Shown here: piece by piece, positions 51,241-61,490 of the stretch
How positions within the stretch are numbered: position 1 is the first letter of the stretch
Layout of the letters: every line of letters begins with the position of its first letter
From: a bacterium
Lineage (GTDB): Bacteria; SZUA-182; DTGQ01; JAFGSM01
Assembly: GCA_049472335.1 (NCBI GenBank)
Contig: JBLIRO010000011.1
Span: 5,084-69,083, forward strand
Length of the DNA stretch: 64,000 nt
Reading direction: 5' to 3'
Notes under the pieces: generated by a model
The model's input: only the letters and a program-made list of their open reading frames with translations
What the model was told of the DNA's origin: nothing
The model's database searches: none
Position numbers and translations under genes: made by a program

Positions 51241-52014
51241 TTAAAAAGAATTGTCTCCTCCTAAAATTCCACCCAATATTCCTCCGCCAATTCCGGCAAT
51301 ACCCTTTTGCTCCCCTCTTTGCTGAAAACGGGAGGCTGCAAAAATTCGATCAGCAAGCCGCGAGAAAGGAAGGCTTTGCAGATAAACAATTCCGGGGCCG
51401 GTCAGCCGGGCAAGGAATAGTCCTTCTCCGCCGAAAAGTGAATTTTTAAATCCACCGACAAATTGAATATCATAGTCAACGGATGGAGAAAAAGCCACCA
51501 GACAGCCTGTATCTACTCTTATGTTTTCACCGGCTTGAAGTTCTTTTTTTATTATCGTTCCTCCAGCATGGACAAAAGCCATACCCTCTCCTTCAAGCCG
51601 CTGCAAAATAAAACCTTCTCCTCCGAAAAGCCCCGCACCGATCCTTTTTGTAAAAGCCACTTCAATTTCGATACCTCTTGCCGCACATAAAAAGGCATCC
51701 TTCTGACACAAAAACCTGCCGCCAAGCCTATCCAGGTCAAGGTGGATTATTTTACCCGGATATGGGGCGCCAAAGGCGACATGGCCTTTCCCTCTACCAT
51801 TGTAAAGAAAGGTGGTTATAAAGAAGCTCTCCCCCGTAATCATTCGTTTAAATCCCTTAAAAAGCCCGCCGTCTGTCGAGGTTTGCATTTCAATCCCATT
51901 TTCCATATACATCATCGCACCGGCTTCCGCCCTTACTCCCTCACCGGGATCTAATCCTATCTCAACAATTTGCATGTCATCCCCAAAGATCTTATACTCA
52001 ATAATGTCACTCAT
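51241..52014 (-). CDS. TIGR00266/AIM24 family protein
   Basis: GDDMQ, AEAGAM, GESFF, FGGEGF, QSLPFSRLA. Confidence 0.9.
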   Translation of the reverse strand: MSDIIEYKIFGDDMQIVEIGLDPGEGVRAEAGAMMYMENGIEMQTSTDGGLFKGFKRMITGESFFITTFLYNGRGKGHVAFGAPYPGKIIHLDLDRLGGRFLCQKDAFLCAARGIEIEVAFTKRIGAGLFGGEGFILQRLEGEGMAFVHAGGTIIKKELQAGENIRVDTGCLVAFSPSVDYDIQFVGGFKNSLFGGEGLFLARLTGPGIVYLQSLPFSRLADRIFAASRFQQRGEQKGIAGIGGGILGGILGGDNSF

Positions 52015-52048
52015 TTTTTAAACTCTCCTGTTCTTCATAGTAAATTCC

Positions 52049-52209
52049 GTAACTTCTCAAAATCCCGGTGAGATCTTGAGAAGAATTGCAAAATGCAAAT
52101 TGCAAATTTTAAAATGCAAGATAAAGTCTTCATTAAATTTTCATTTTGCATTTTGCATTTTGCAATTTTCATTAACTGCCATAAAACCACACGGTTTTTA
52201 AGCAGTTAC
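52049..52209. mobile_element. MITE-like element, copy 2 (161 bp), inverted relative to copy 1
   Basis: Terminal inverted repeats GTAACTTCTCAAAA / TTTTAAGCAGTTAC; flanks TAAATTCC / AAAGTTCC (6/8, degenerate TSD); 7 bp longer than copy 1. Confidence 0.8.
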
Positions 52210-52271
52210 AAAGTTCCTTGATATGGTGCCGGATTATTCGGATAGTATTTTCTAACATCAAGTCTTAAATA

Positions 52272-54620
52272 TCAATAGGACCACCAGGGCACTACCTGGA
52301 TGGAGGCAGATCTGGAGGTATATCCCCCTCTCATATCAAAAAAAACGATCTCCACAGTATAAAAGCCCGGGAAATTCGTCTGGAAGGTCCAGATGGAATC
52401 GCCGTTCGCCACCATGCCGATCGATCCGATATTGCAGGATGCATAGACATAATCCCCATCCGGATCAATAGCCCGGGCATTCAGGATGATCTCTTCTCCA
52501 GCCCTGATTTTTTTAGGACTTGGGAAAGAGGTCACAATGGGGGAATGGTTGTACCAGGTGCCGGGGTGGATGCAATAGATATCCCGGGTGTTGATGGATG
52601 TGGCCCCGAATGGATCTGTGCACGAGTATATTAAATGCAATACTCCTTCAAATTTTGGAGTCAATGTGCAGACACCGCTGAAATGGTCCATGTCGCTGTC
52701 AATCCAGGGACCGTATTTGTAGTAAGGCAGGTCTTCGATATGAATATGAAAGATAAGGTTGTCCTGGTCAGTCCGGATTTGGTTGCCGGGCAGCATGGGC
52801 AGATGTGTGGTTGCGGGAAACTGCCCGTAAAATTGGGCCATGGAAAAGATGAGACAGTCCGGATCGATATAGACAATTGCGCACTGGGATTCCTGACCCA
52901 CTGTAAAAAACTTGGGAAATCTTCTGACCTCGGGTTGAGGCGGGTAGTTTTCCACCGGATAATTGACAACAGTGATCGGGAAGGTCAATTTCTCGATCTT
53001 GTTTTGATTTGCGATCTGGAGTGCTGCCACCAGATCGCCACAATAGTAGGGAGTATAGTCAAAATAGGCAATGTGGGGCCAGAGATCAACCCCTGCATTC
53101 CACATAGCGGATTCCAAAGTAAAGGTCTGTGTGGGATCGAAATGGGCCTTTCCAAAAAGATTGATGGCATCAAGGGCCGAGTTCTTGTTCACCATGTAGG
53201 TGGGCATTCCGTCATAGGGGTCCACCGGAAGGGGCTGGACCAAAAATGCCTGTATACCATTGGCTCCGAAATCATTCAGGGTAACATTCCATCCCAGATG
53301 ACCGTGCCTGCGAAGATCAACAGCCCGGCTCCCTAACATCCTGAGATTCGGATCGGCAAACATGGGGAGGGTTATGTCTATGTAAAATCCCTTCCTCAAG
53401 TAATTTTCAGCCACTGGATCAGGCGTACCGAAACTGGGGTCCCCTGGAAGCCAACGATCGGTATAGTCGGGATCATAAAAAGGGCTGTCAGAGTTGATCT
53501 GATGATAATTTGGATCCAGGGCCAGAAGATCGGATATCCACACAGAACGGATACGGTTGGGATCGTAAATGAAATTGTTTGGATCCATTAAAAATCTATT
53601 CACATTAGAGATAGGATCATCCGCCTCGTAATCCGCCATTAGCAGATAACGATAAGGCTCGAACAACTGGGCAAACAAATGACCGGATTCGAACACATCC
53701 ACGCTGATCCTGCGGGAATACCTGGAATAATCCTTCTTCCTGAAGACAAGGTCGTCGAAACGGAACATGCTGCCGCTGATTATGACCCTGCCAGCCCTCA
53801 CCACCTGCCAATTTGTTTTTTCGCCTGCACTCAATCCCGCATATCGCTCCAGGGCACATTGGACGATTTCAGGGAGGTCGAGCCATATGACATGCCAGGT
53901 GCCATCCAGGAAATTCCTGCCGATATCCACATGAAGGGTCATAGAAGGATTAGAGATATTATCTTGGAATTCAGTTATGGTTGAACAATAGTCACAGTCG
54001 GGACAGGGTGATGATACCGGTTGAAGGGGCCGAATACAGATGTTCACCGTATGTCCCTTTTCGGTTAAACAAACAACATCGAAGTTGAAGATATCCCATA
54101 GGTCAATGGCCAGAGGTGCCCTGAATTTAAAGCTCAATATAGGAGTGTCTCTCAGATCGATCCCCGGAAGGCCTGATTCGGTAAAATATTCCTTCAGATC
54201 ATAATAAACCTTAGGCCTTTCATAATCGTGCCCCAGCAGGAATATGCTTGCGGGCCGGTATACCTCCAGAACCCGGTTTCTCTGGACGACATCCCATACT
54301 ATACCCCAAATGGTATTGAATCCGACTCCCCATCCGTAGCGGGGATAAAAAGGGGTTATCTCCCTCCAGCCATGATTGGCGGGATGGTCCCAGTATTCAA
54401 AACGGTCGATCAGAATGTCTCCCTGGGTAACACCGGGAAAGGACTGATCAGGGATGACATACGTTCCGGGTGAAGAGCACGCTGGACATGAGAAGGCCCC
54501 GGTGGCCGGAAATTGTGCCCATGACAAATGGGCTGCCATCAGAATAAAAACCTGACACCATAATATCGTGTATAAATGTTTAGAAATTTTTTTGGCCTTT
54601 TTGGATTTATTTCTCTTCAT
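52272..54620 (-). CDS. Hypothetical secreted protein (782 aa) with C-terminal Ig/cadherin-like modules
   Basis: Signal peptide; CPAC and CPDCDYC motifs; NYPP/NHSP...DPDGD modules; ends VPWWSY; visibly higher GC than neighbours. Confidence 0.7.
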   Translation of the reverse strand: MKRNKSKKAKKISKHLYTILWCQVFILMAAHLSWAQFPATGAFSCPACSSPGTYVIPDQSFPGVTQGDILIDRFEYWDHPANHGWREITPFYPRYGWGVGFNTIWGIVWDVVQRNRVLEVYRPASIFLLGHDYERPKVYYDLKEYFTESGLPGIDLRDTPILSFKFRAPLAIDLWDIFNFDVVCLTEKGHTVNICIRPLQPVSSPCPDCDYCSTITEFQDNISNPSMTLHVDIGRNFLDGTWHVIWLDLPEIVQCALERYAGLSAGEKTNWQVVRAGRVIISGSMFRFDDLVFRKKDYSRYSRRISVDVFESGHLFAQLFEPYRYLLMADYEADDPISNVNRFLMDPNNFIYDPNRIRSVWISDLLALDPNYHQINSDSPFYDPDYTDRWLPGDPSFGTPDPVAENYLRKGFYIDITLPMFADPNLRMLGSRAVDLRRHGHLGWNVTLNDFGANGIQAFLVQPLPVDPYDGMPTYMVNKNSALDAINLFGKAHFDPTQTFTLESAMWNAGVDLWPHIAYFDYTPYYCGDLVAALQIANQNKIEKLTFPITVVNYPVENYPPQPEVRRFPKFFTVGQESQCAIVYIDPDCLIFSMAQFYGQFPATTHLPMLPGNQIRTDQDNLIFHIHIEDLPYYKYGPWIDSDMDHFSGVCTLTPKFEGVLHLIYSCTDPFGATSINTRDIYCIHPGTWYNHSPIVTSFPSPKKIRAGEEIILNARAIDPDGDYVYASCNIGSIGMVANGDSIWTFQTNFPGFYTVEIVFFDMRGGYTSRSASIQVVPWWSY

Positions 54621-54935
54621 TCACAACAATCTCTTAATCCGGATCCTGTATTTGAAATCGTCATGAGACGCATAAGAAGCTCCACAGGCAAGCCTTTTTT
54701 TAAGGATTGGCCGAATATCTCTTGTGGAAGTTTGCTGCTGTCGAAAATACCATTATCAATAATGACCTTATGACAATGGCTCATCCTGATTTAAACAGGT
54801 GACCATAATACCGACCGGGATTTACATAGTTTGCGGAGAAAAACTGAAATTGACGACCTTCTCATCCATTATTATTAATTATAATATATATCAATAATAA
54901 TATCCATTGATCTGCGGATAAGGGGATTCAGCACC

Positions 54936-55676
54936 CTATTTCTTGCCGCCATACATTGAAAATATCCCATATTTATAGAAACAATCAACATCTCTGAAAC
55001 CAGCGGTTTTTAAAGCGTTTAGTTGAGATTCCAGAGTGTCCGGCTTGTTATCCCTGTTGTCTTTATATCTTCGAATAATATCATCAAAATAATTGCCTTC
55101 AATCCCCAGGGATTTTTTTCTCTCTGCAATCCAATTTTCCCAAAGAAATAGATACCATTCTTCAAGTGGCTCGGTTGGCGCAAGCACAACATCAATATTC
55201 AGAAAGAAGCCATCAACCTTGAGATATGAAAAGATCCTTTTGAAAAGGGCCTTCTTTTCATTCATGTCCAGGTGATGAATGGCCAGTGAGGAAACTATGA
55301 AATCAAAATTTTTGCTAAGAAGGTCTTTGCTTAAAATGTCATCATTAATAATCTCTTGAAAGCTTGCTTTAATAAATTGGATCTTTTTAAAAGCTTTTAG
55401 ATTTTCTTTGGCTTTGTTCAACATATCCTCAGAAGCATCCATGAGGATCGCTTCAATAGAGCCATCAATCCTAAAAAGCTCATTGGCGATAATCCCGTCT
55501 CCGCATCCAAGATCAAGGAGATTAACACCGGTTTTATTACCCAAGAAATGTTTGTAGAAAGATCTCAAAATATTAAGAAGTCTATCCCGGTCCATTATAT
55601 AAATATCCGCATTCTCCCTGTATTCTCTGGCGAAATCGGCTTTTACCCATTGCGATTTGCTGAATTCAGTCATCAA
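54936..55676 (-). CDS. Class I SAM-dependent methyltransferase
   Basis: LLDLGCGDG, DASEDML, VSSLAIHH. Confidence 0.85.
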   Translation of the reverse strand: MMTEFSKSQWVKADFAREYRENADIYIMDRDRLLNILRSFYKHFLGNKTGVNLLDLGCGDGIIANELFRIDGSIEAILMDASEDMLNKAKENLKAFKKIQFIKASFQEIINDDILSKDLLSKNFDFIVSSLAIHHLDMNEKKALFKRIFSYLKVDGFFLNIDVVLAPTEPLEEWYLFLWENWIAERKKSLGIEGNYFDDIIRRYKDNRDNKPDTLESQLNALKTAGFRDVDCFYKYGIFSMYGGKK

Positions 55677-55715
55677 AAAATAGAACCATCCCCTTTTTCT
55701 CTTTTTCTATCTTCA

Positions 55716-56432
55716 CTAATCAGTGATAAGATTTTTCATTTCACTGACAGCCCTTTCCAAACCCACAAATACCGCTCTGGCAACGATGTTATGTCCTATG
55801 TTCAGCTCCCGGATCTCTTTTATCTCCACAATCTTTTTTACATTCCAATAGGTAAGGTCATGGCCTGCATTGACATCCATTTTGAGTTTGGATGCGAGTT
55901 TTGCAGCGTCCTTTATTCTTGCCAATTCCTGGTCAATCTTTTGCGGGTCCTTGGCTGCTGCATAGATCCCTGTATGGATCTCGATACAATCAGCCCCTGC
56001 CTTATGTGAAGCCTTCACCTGATCCGTGTCAGGATCTATAAAGAGGCTAACCTTGATCCCTCCCTTTTGAAGGGCCTTTATGGATTTTGCGATCTCTTCT
56101 GCCTGGGAAGCCACGTCCAATCCCCCTTCAGTGGTAACTTCATCGGGCTTTTCAGGAACAAGTGTAACCATATCCGGCTTCACTTCAATAGCTATCTTTA
56201 TCATCTCTTCACTGACAGCCATCTCCAGATTAAGGCTAGTATGGACTATCTGCCTGAGAAGGTGTAAATCACGGTCCTGAATATGACGCCTGTCCTGCCT
56301 CAGATGGATGGTTATCCCATCAGCCCCGGCCATTTCTGCTATAACGGCAGCGGCAATAGGATCCGGCTCCATTGCCTTTCTTGCCTCCCTGATATTTGCT
56401 ATGTGATCGATATTTACACCAAGTCTGGGCAT
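55716..56432 (-). CDS. pdxJ: Pyridoxine 5'-phosphate synthase
   Basis: [41 protein letters not shown]; start moved to MPRLG behind GGAGG. Confidence 0.95.
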   Translation of the reverse strand: MPRLGVNIDHIANIREARKAMEPDPIAAAVIAEMAGADGITIHLRQDRRHIQDRDLHLLRQIVHTSLNLEMAVSEEMIKIAIEVKPDMVTLVPEKPDEVTTEGGLDVASQAEEIAKSIKALQKGGIKVSLFIDPDTDQVKASHKAGADCIEIHTGIYAAAKDPQKIDQELARIKDAAKLASKLKMDVNAGHDLTYWNVKKIVEIKEIRELNIGHNIVARAVFVGLERAVSEMKNLITD

Positions 56433-56493
56433 TTTCCCTCCAACTTTTGAAAGATATCTTAGATATTTTATATAGAACTCTTTTCCTTTTTTG

Positions 56494-57369
56494 TCAGGCA
56501 CACATGATGGCATCGGCTATTTGTACCGCCCGTTTTATGGGCCAGCAGTCATGCACCCTCACAATATGCACCCCCCTGGAAATGGCCATGGTAACCGCTG
56601 CTATAGTTCCTTCCAGCCTTTCCGAAACAGGGAGATTCAGGATACTGCCTATAAAGGATTTGCGTGACGGTCCTATGAGCATCGGACATCCTATGGAATG
56701 AAACTCATCCAGTCTGTTTATTAACTCCAGATTGTGGCTGACGGTTTTTCCAAAGCCTATTCCCACATCCACAATCACCTGGTCCCTTTTTAACCCTGCT
56801 ACTTGAGCCAGTCTTACTCCTTCCTCCAGATAGTATTTGACCTCACTTATCAGATCTTCATAAACGGGGTTTTGCTGCATATCTTTGGGGGTCCCCTTTA
56901 TATGCATAATTACGACAGGCGCTTTATAACGGGCTGCCAATCCCGCCATAGCATTATCAAACCTCAGACCGCTAATGTCGTTAATGATATGCGCCCCTGC
57001 GTTCAGTGCCTGTTCTGCGACCTCCGATTTATAGGAATCTATGGAGAGAGGAATCGGGACCTCTTTTACAAGCTCCTTTACCAATGGAACAATCCTTCTA
57101 AGCTCTTCCTCTAATGTCACTGATTCCGCTCCGGGCCTGGTGGATTCTCCGCCTACATCTATGATATCCGCCCCTTCTTCCGCCATCCTGACAGCCTGTT
57201 TTATGGCTTTAGATGGATCGAAGAAGCGGCCTCCATCAGAAAAAGAATCGGGAGTGATATTAAGTATCCCCATAATCAGGGTCCTTTGCCCTAATGCTAG
57301 GTCCCGGTCGTGAAGATGCAAAAAAAACGGAGGATGGTGTTGTCTTTTTAGAAAAGTGCCGGCCTTCAT
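56494..57369 (-). CDS. folP: Dihydropteroate synthase
   Basis: [46 protein letters not shown]. Confidence 0.95.
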   Translation of the reverse strand: MKAGTFLKRQHHPPFFLHLHDRDLALGQRTLIMGILNITPDSFSDGGRFFDPSKAIKQAVRMAEEGADIIDVGGESTRPGAESVTLEEELRRIVPLVKELVKEVPIPLSIDSYKSEVAEQALNAGAHIINDISGLRFDNAMAGLAARYKAPVVIMHIKGTPKDMQQNPVYEDLISEVKYYLEEGVRLAQVAGLKRDQVIVDVGIGFGKTVSHNLELINRLDEFHSIGCPMLIGPSRKSFIGSILNLPVSERLEGTIAAVTMAISRGVHIVRVHDCWPIKRAVQIADAIMCA

Positions 57370-57376
57370 CCCCTTT

Positions 57377-59215
57377 TTAAGCAGCCTTTGGGCTGGTTCT
57401 GGGGGAACCGATTATCTTGTCGATCTCTAAACCATCAAGGACTTCTGTTTCCAGGAGCTTTTCCGCCAGTTTCTTAAGTTTGGCTTTATTCTTTATCAGG
57501 ATGTTTTTTGCCCTTGAATGATTTTCCGTCACGATCTTCTTGACTTCCTCATCTATGAGGATGGCAGTGGCTTCACTATAATCTTTATGCTGGGCAAACT
57601 CTTTACCAAGAAAGATTTGTTCCTCCTTCTTCCCAAAGGTCAAAGGCCCCATGTTCTCGCTCATGCCCCATTCACACACCATCTTTCTTGCCAGGTCCGT
57701 AGCCCGCTCGATATCGTTCCCCGCCCCGGTGCTCAAGGTATTAAGAACAAGCTCTTCTGCCGCCCTTCCACCCAGGAGAATGGCAATCCTATCCATCAGG
57801 TATTCTTTAGACCAACTGTGGCGTTCATCGATCGGCAGTTGCTGGGTAAGGCCCATGGCCCTCCCTCTGGGGATAATGGTCACCTTATGTATAGGATCGG
57901 TCCCGGGTATCATCTTGGCTACAAGGGCATGCCCTGCTTCATGGTAAGCCGTGCTCTTTTTTTCTTCATCGCTTATGATAAGGCTTTTTCGCTCCCTTCC
58001 CATTAAAACCTTGTCCTTGGCCTCCTCAAAATCAGGCATTGCCACCGCTGTTTTTCCTTTTCTGGCAGCAAGCAAGGCTGCCTCATTAACAAGATTGGCA
58101 AGGTCCGCCCCAGAAAACCCCGGAGTCCCTCTGGCAAGAATCTGAAAATTGACATCCTTTGCCAAAGCAACATTTTTTGAATGAACCTTCAGAATGCCCT
58201 CTCTTCCTCTTACATCCGGCGTAGAGACAATAACCTGCCTGTCAAAACGCCCGGGTCTGAGAAGAGCAGGATCAAGAACATCAGGCCTGTTTGTGGCGGC
58301 AATGATAATAACACCCTCATTTGATTCGAACCCATCCAGCTCTACTAGAAGCTGATTGAGCGTCTGTTCCCTTTCGTCATGTCCGCCACCGAGACCCGCA
58401 CCTCTATGGCGGCCCACCGCGTCGATTTCATCGACAAAGATGATACACGGGGCATTTTTCTTTCCCTGTTCAAAGAGATCTCTTACCCTTGAAGCACCAA
58501 CTCCGACAAACATCTCCACAAAATCAGAACCGCTGATACTGAAGAAAGGGACATCCGCTTCGCCCGCAATAGCCCTGGCGAGGAGCGTCTTTCCTGTCCC
58601 CGGAGGTCCCATCAAAAGAACACCTTTAGGTATTTTTCCGCCAAGTTTCTGAAACTTTCTAGGATCTCTGAGAAATTCTATAATCTCCTGTAATTCATCT
58701 TTAGCCTCGTCCACACCGGCCACATCGGAAAAGGTAACCTTCTGGGAGGAGGCATTGAGCATCTTAGCCTTACTCTTGCCGAAAGAAAGGGCTTTTGCGC
58801 CACCGCCGTGCATCTGACGCATAAGATAGATCCAAATGACAAGCAAGAGTATCAGGGGCCCCCAATAGATGAGAAAGTTCTGTAACCAGAAATTTTCATC
58901 CTCCGGTTTTGCTTCAATCATCACATCGTTCTCACGCAGGAGTTTTATTAAATCATCATCGTCAGGTGCATAGGTCTCGAACCTGCCTTGTCCTTTATAT
59001 TTTCCTTTGATGTTATTTCCTCTGATAACAACCTCAGCAACCTTACCGGATTGTACATCGCTTATAAACTGGCTGAAAACGATTTTGGAAATCTCCTTTT
59101 TATTACTGCTGCTAAAAACATTAAAAACCAGAATAAGAATGAGCCCCAAGATCAACCATAAAGCCAGGTTTTTTAGAAAATTTGTATTGTTCAAACTATT
59201 CACCTCTTTTTTCAT
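57377..59215 (-). CDS. ftsH: ATP-dependent zinc metalloprotease FtsH
   Basis: Two TMs, [21 protein letters not shown]; start may be TTG 59194. Confidence 0.97.
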   Translation of the reverse strand: MKKEVNSLNNTNFLKNLALWLILGLILILVFNVFSSSNKKEISKIVFSQFISDVQSGKVAEVVIRGNNIKGKYKGQGRFETYAPDDDDLIKLLRENDVMIEAKPEDENFWLQNFLIYWGPLILLLVIWIYLMRQMHGGGAKALSFGKSKAKMLNASSQKVTFSDVAGVDEAKDELQEIIEFLRDPRKFQKLGGKIPKGVLLMGPPGTGKTLLARAIAGEADVPFFSISGSDFVEMFVGVGASRVRDLFEQGKKNAPCIIFVDEIDAVGRHRGAGLGGGHDEREQTLNQLLVELDGFESNEGVIIIAATNRPDVLDPALLRPGRFDRQVIVSTPDVRGREGILKVHSKNVALAKDVNFQILARGTPGFSGADLANLVNEAALLAARKGKTAVAMPDFEEAKDKVLMGRERKSLIISDEEKKSTAYHEAGHALVAKMIPGTDPIHKVTIIPRGRAMGLTQQLPIDERHSWSKEYLMDRIAILLGGRAAEELVLNTLSTGAGNDIERATDLARKMVCEWGMSENMGPLTFGKKEEQIFLGKEFAQHKDYSEATAILIDEEVKKIVTENHSRAKNILIKNKAKLKKLAEKLLETEVLDGLEIDKIIGSPRTSPKAA

Positions 59216-59555
59216 GCCTTTTTAAGTTCTTAAATAATAAGGCAATTTATAATCATAGAGTTGATTTCACCATAATGTATTCAGATAATTTCAATTTGAT
59301 AATTAATCCGATTATATCTGTACCGATAATTATACGTATTGGTTTAAATAATTAATTCAGATACTTATTTATCGTCGTTTTTACAAACATTATCCGCTAT
59401 CCATATATATATTTTATAACATAAATTAAGCAATCTTTACAACAAGCGCTAAAGATAAAAAATCCTGCCAATTTCATTATAAAAAGCGTTATCAATTAAT
59501 TAATTTTACAATCAATTTTTTTATTTAATTAACATATTTTATATTTTATTTATAA

Positions 59556-61073
59556 TTAACTGTCAAAACCTGGCACTTTTGTTATCCTAAAATCCATTTT
59601 TAAAATCTTTGAGGTACTTGATGTTACTCTATAAGGATGGCCTATTCGAAGTCCCAAAACCCAAAAAATCTTTGAACCTCCTGCCAGAAGAGGCCATACA
59701 TCCCTTATTCTTCTTGGCACTTTCATATCTATGAAAAATTCCTTTAGCTTCTTTTCCGAAGGCATACCCAGCGGATGAAAACGATCACCCGGGAAACGTC
59801 TTCTTACTTGAAGAGGGCCTGTAATCGTATCATAATCAAGAAAGGCTGCCTTTGGATCCGCTGGTATTTCCGTTATTTCATTTATATCTAGAAGTGATGC
59901 TTTCAAAGTGAGATTAAAGAAGGGGATAAAGGTACTGCCGGGTATGTTCAGGGGATAATGGTTGATATTCCTCTTTTCTTCTTCTGATCGACGTTTTAAA
60001 TATTTTTCTCTTCCGGTTCCATACCTGGTCAAAAACAAATTTCCACCAGATCTATAAGCGTTTATACCCCCCGGCAAATCCAGCTCCCCTCCCCCTTCCG
60101 ATCTATTAATAAGCCTGATAATCGCCTGTATATGCTCAAAATGGATACTGCCGGGCTTTTGATTAAAATGGGAAAGCGATTTCCATAATATCCTTCTTTG
60201 TATACCCAAAGGCTGAGTCTTTAAGTCCTCTATATGCAGAGATTGCGTTTCCTTTCCTGAAATCTCAATAAAAGGTAGAGTGTTTAACGCGTCTTTAGCC
60301 GTGTCGATTTTCTTTGAACCTTTTTCAATCCGTTTTTCAATCCCGGAAACGGTCTCTTTCAGAGCTAAATGGTCTTCCCTGAGCAGTTCCGTAGTTTTAG
60401 ACAGGGTATTCACCAACGAAGGATTAAATTCTTTTTTCAGGTAAGGAATCAATTCCAATCTTATCCTGTTTCTGGTGCAACAGGCTTTTAGATTTGTCTT
60501 ATCCGTTTTGAAAGGTATATTTCTGGAAGAAAGATATTTCAGGATCTCCGGTCTTTGGCATCTAATGAGAGGCCTGATATAACATACCCCATCTCTATGA
60601 CGGATAGGGGAAATGCCTGCCATACCCTTTAAACCTGATCCGCGAAGAAGCCTCATAAGGAGCGTCTCGGCCTGGTCATCCGCAGTATGACCTAAGGCTA
60701 TTTTTGAAACTCCCAGGTTCCGTGCCTGAGCTCTGAAAAACTCATACCTTGCCTTTCTTGCGGCTCCTTCAAGGGATATCTTCCATCTTTTGCTAAGAGC
60801 CAGGCAATCCACCCTGCCTGTAACTATCTCGAGGCCTGAATCCCCGGCAATCTGACGCACGAATGCTTCATCCTCATCGGCTTCCTTGCGAATTCCATGA
60901 TTAAGATGGATTAAATAAAGTGTAAGCGCGTATTCCGAAGAGATTTCCTTAAGTACATGAAAAAGTGCCATTGAGTCCGGTCCGCCGGAACATGCTACCA
61001 GGACATGGTCATTTTCTTCAAGGAGACTGTAATCGAGAACAGCATTCCTGACAAGATGCGAAAGTTCATGCAT
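59556..61073 (-). CDS. tilS: tRNA(Ile)-lysidine synthetase
   Basis: SGGPDS PP-loop, AARKARY, GHTADDQAET, RNRIR, C-terminal KKLKEFFID. Confidence 0.95.
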   Translation of the reverse strand: MHELSHLVRNAVLDYSLLEENDHVLVACSGGPDSMALFHVLKEISSEYALTLYLIHLNHGIRKEADEDEAFVRQIAGDSGLEIVTGRVDCLALSKRWKISLEGAARKARYEFFRAQARNLGVSKIALGHTADDQAETLLMRLLRGSGLKGMAGISPIRHRDGVCYIRPLIRCQRPEILKYLSSRNIPFKTDKTNLKACCTRNRIRLELIPYLKKEFNPSLVNTLSKTTELLREDHLALKETVSGIEKRIEKGSKKIDTAKDALNTLPFIEISGKETQSLHIEDLKTQPLGIQRRILWKSLSHFNQKPGSIHFEHIQAIIRLINRSEGGGELDLPGGINAYRSGGNLFLTRYGTGREKYLKRRSEEEKRNINHYPLNIPGSTFIPFFNLTLKASLLDINEITEIPADPKAAFLDYDTITGPLQVRRRFPGDRFHPLGMPSEKKLKEFFIDMKVPRRIRDVWPLLAGGSKIFWVLGLRIGHPYRVTSSTSKILKMDFRITKVPGFDS

Positions 61074-61076
61074 AAC

Positions 61077-61487
61077 CTAGTACCTGTTACAGAAAAAGTC
61101 ATCTAAGATCTCCCGATGGTCAAAGGCTATCTCATCGGGTAATGAATCCATGTCTTTAAATACCCCGGCCTCTTTGGCATCATCCGATGCAACGGGAACC
61201 CCCTTTGCCTTGGCAATAAATACGATAGAGATGGTATGATGACGAGGGTCCCTTCCGGGTTCGGAATATGTATGGAACTGACGAACGAGGGTTACGTCGA
61301 GGCCTGTTTCCTCCTTTGCCTCTCTGATAGCGGCCTCTTCCAGGGTTTCCCCATAATCCACAAATCCTCCCGGAATTGCCCATCCAAAGGGCGGATTTTT
61401 TCTCTTAATCAGTACTATACCGCCATCAACCTCAATAATCGTATCCACTGTTGTAAATGGGACCTTCCTGGCTGATTTTTCCGACAT
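61077..61487 (-). CDS. NUDIX hydrolase
   Basis: [25 protein letters not shown] Nudix box, RDPR, AFDH. Confidence 0.9.
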   Translation of the reverse strand: MSEKSARKVPFTTVDTIIEVDGGIVLIKRKNPPFGWAIPGGFVDYGETLEEAAIREAKEETGLDVTLVRQFHTYSEPGRDPRHHTISIVFIAKAKGVPVASDDAKEAGVFKDMDSLPDEIAFDHREILDDFFCNRY

Positions 61488-61490
61488 GTC

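Noticed and set aside
52635-53336. 233-aa + strand ORF and other long antisense ORFs (23201-23863, 33910-34503, 43615-44157, 57518-58006)
   Set aside because: They lie opposite well-supported genes and have no recognisable motifs.
52272-54620. 782-aa protein as a c-type cytochrome
   Set aside because: The CxxC motifs are not followed by His.
54820-54840. c-di-GMP-I riboswitch suggested by GCAAAC on the minus strand
   Set aside because: No GNRA-capped P2 stem or downstream GCAAAG/receptor elements.
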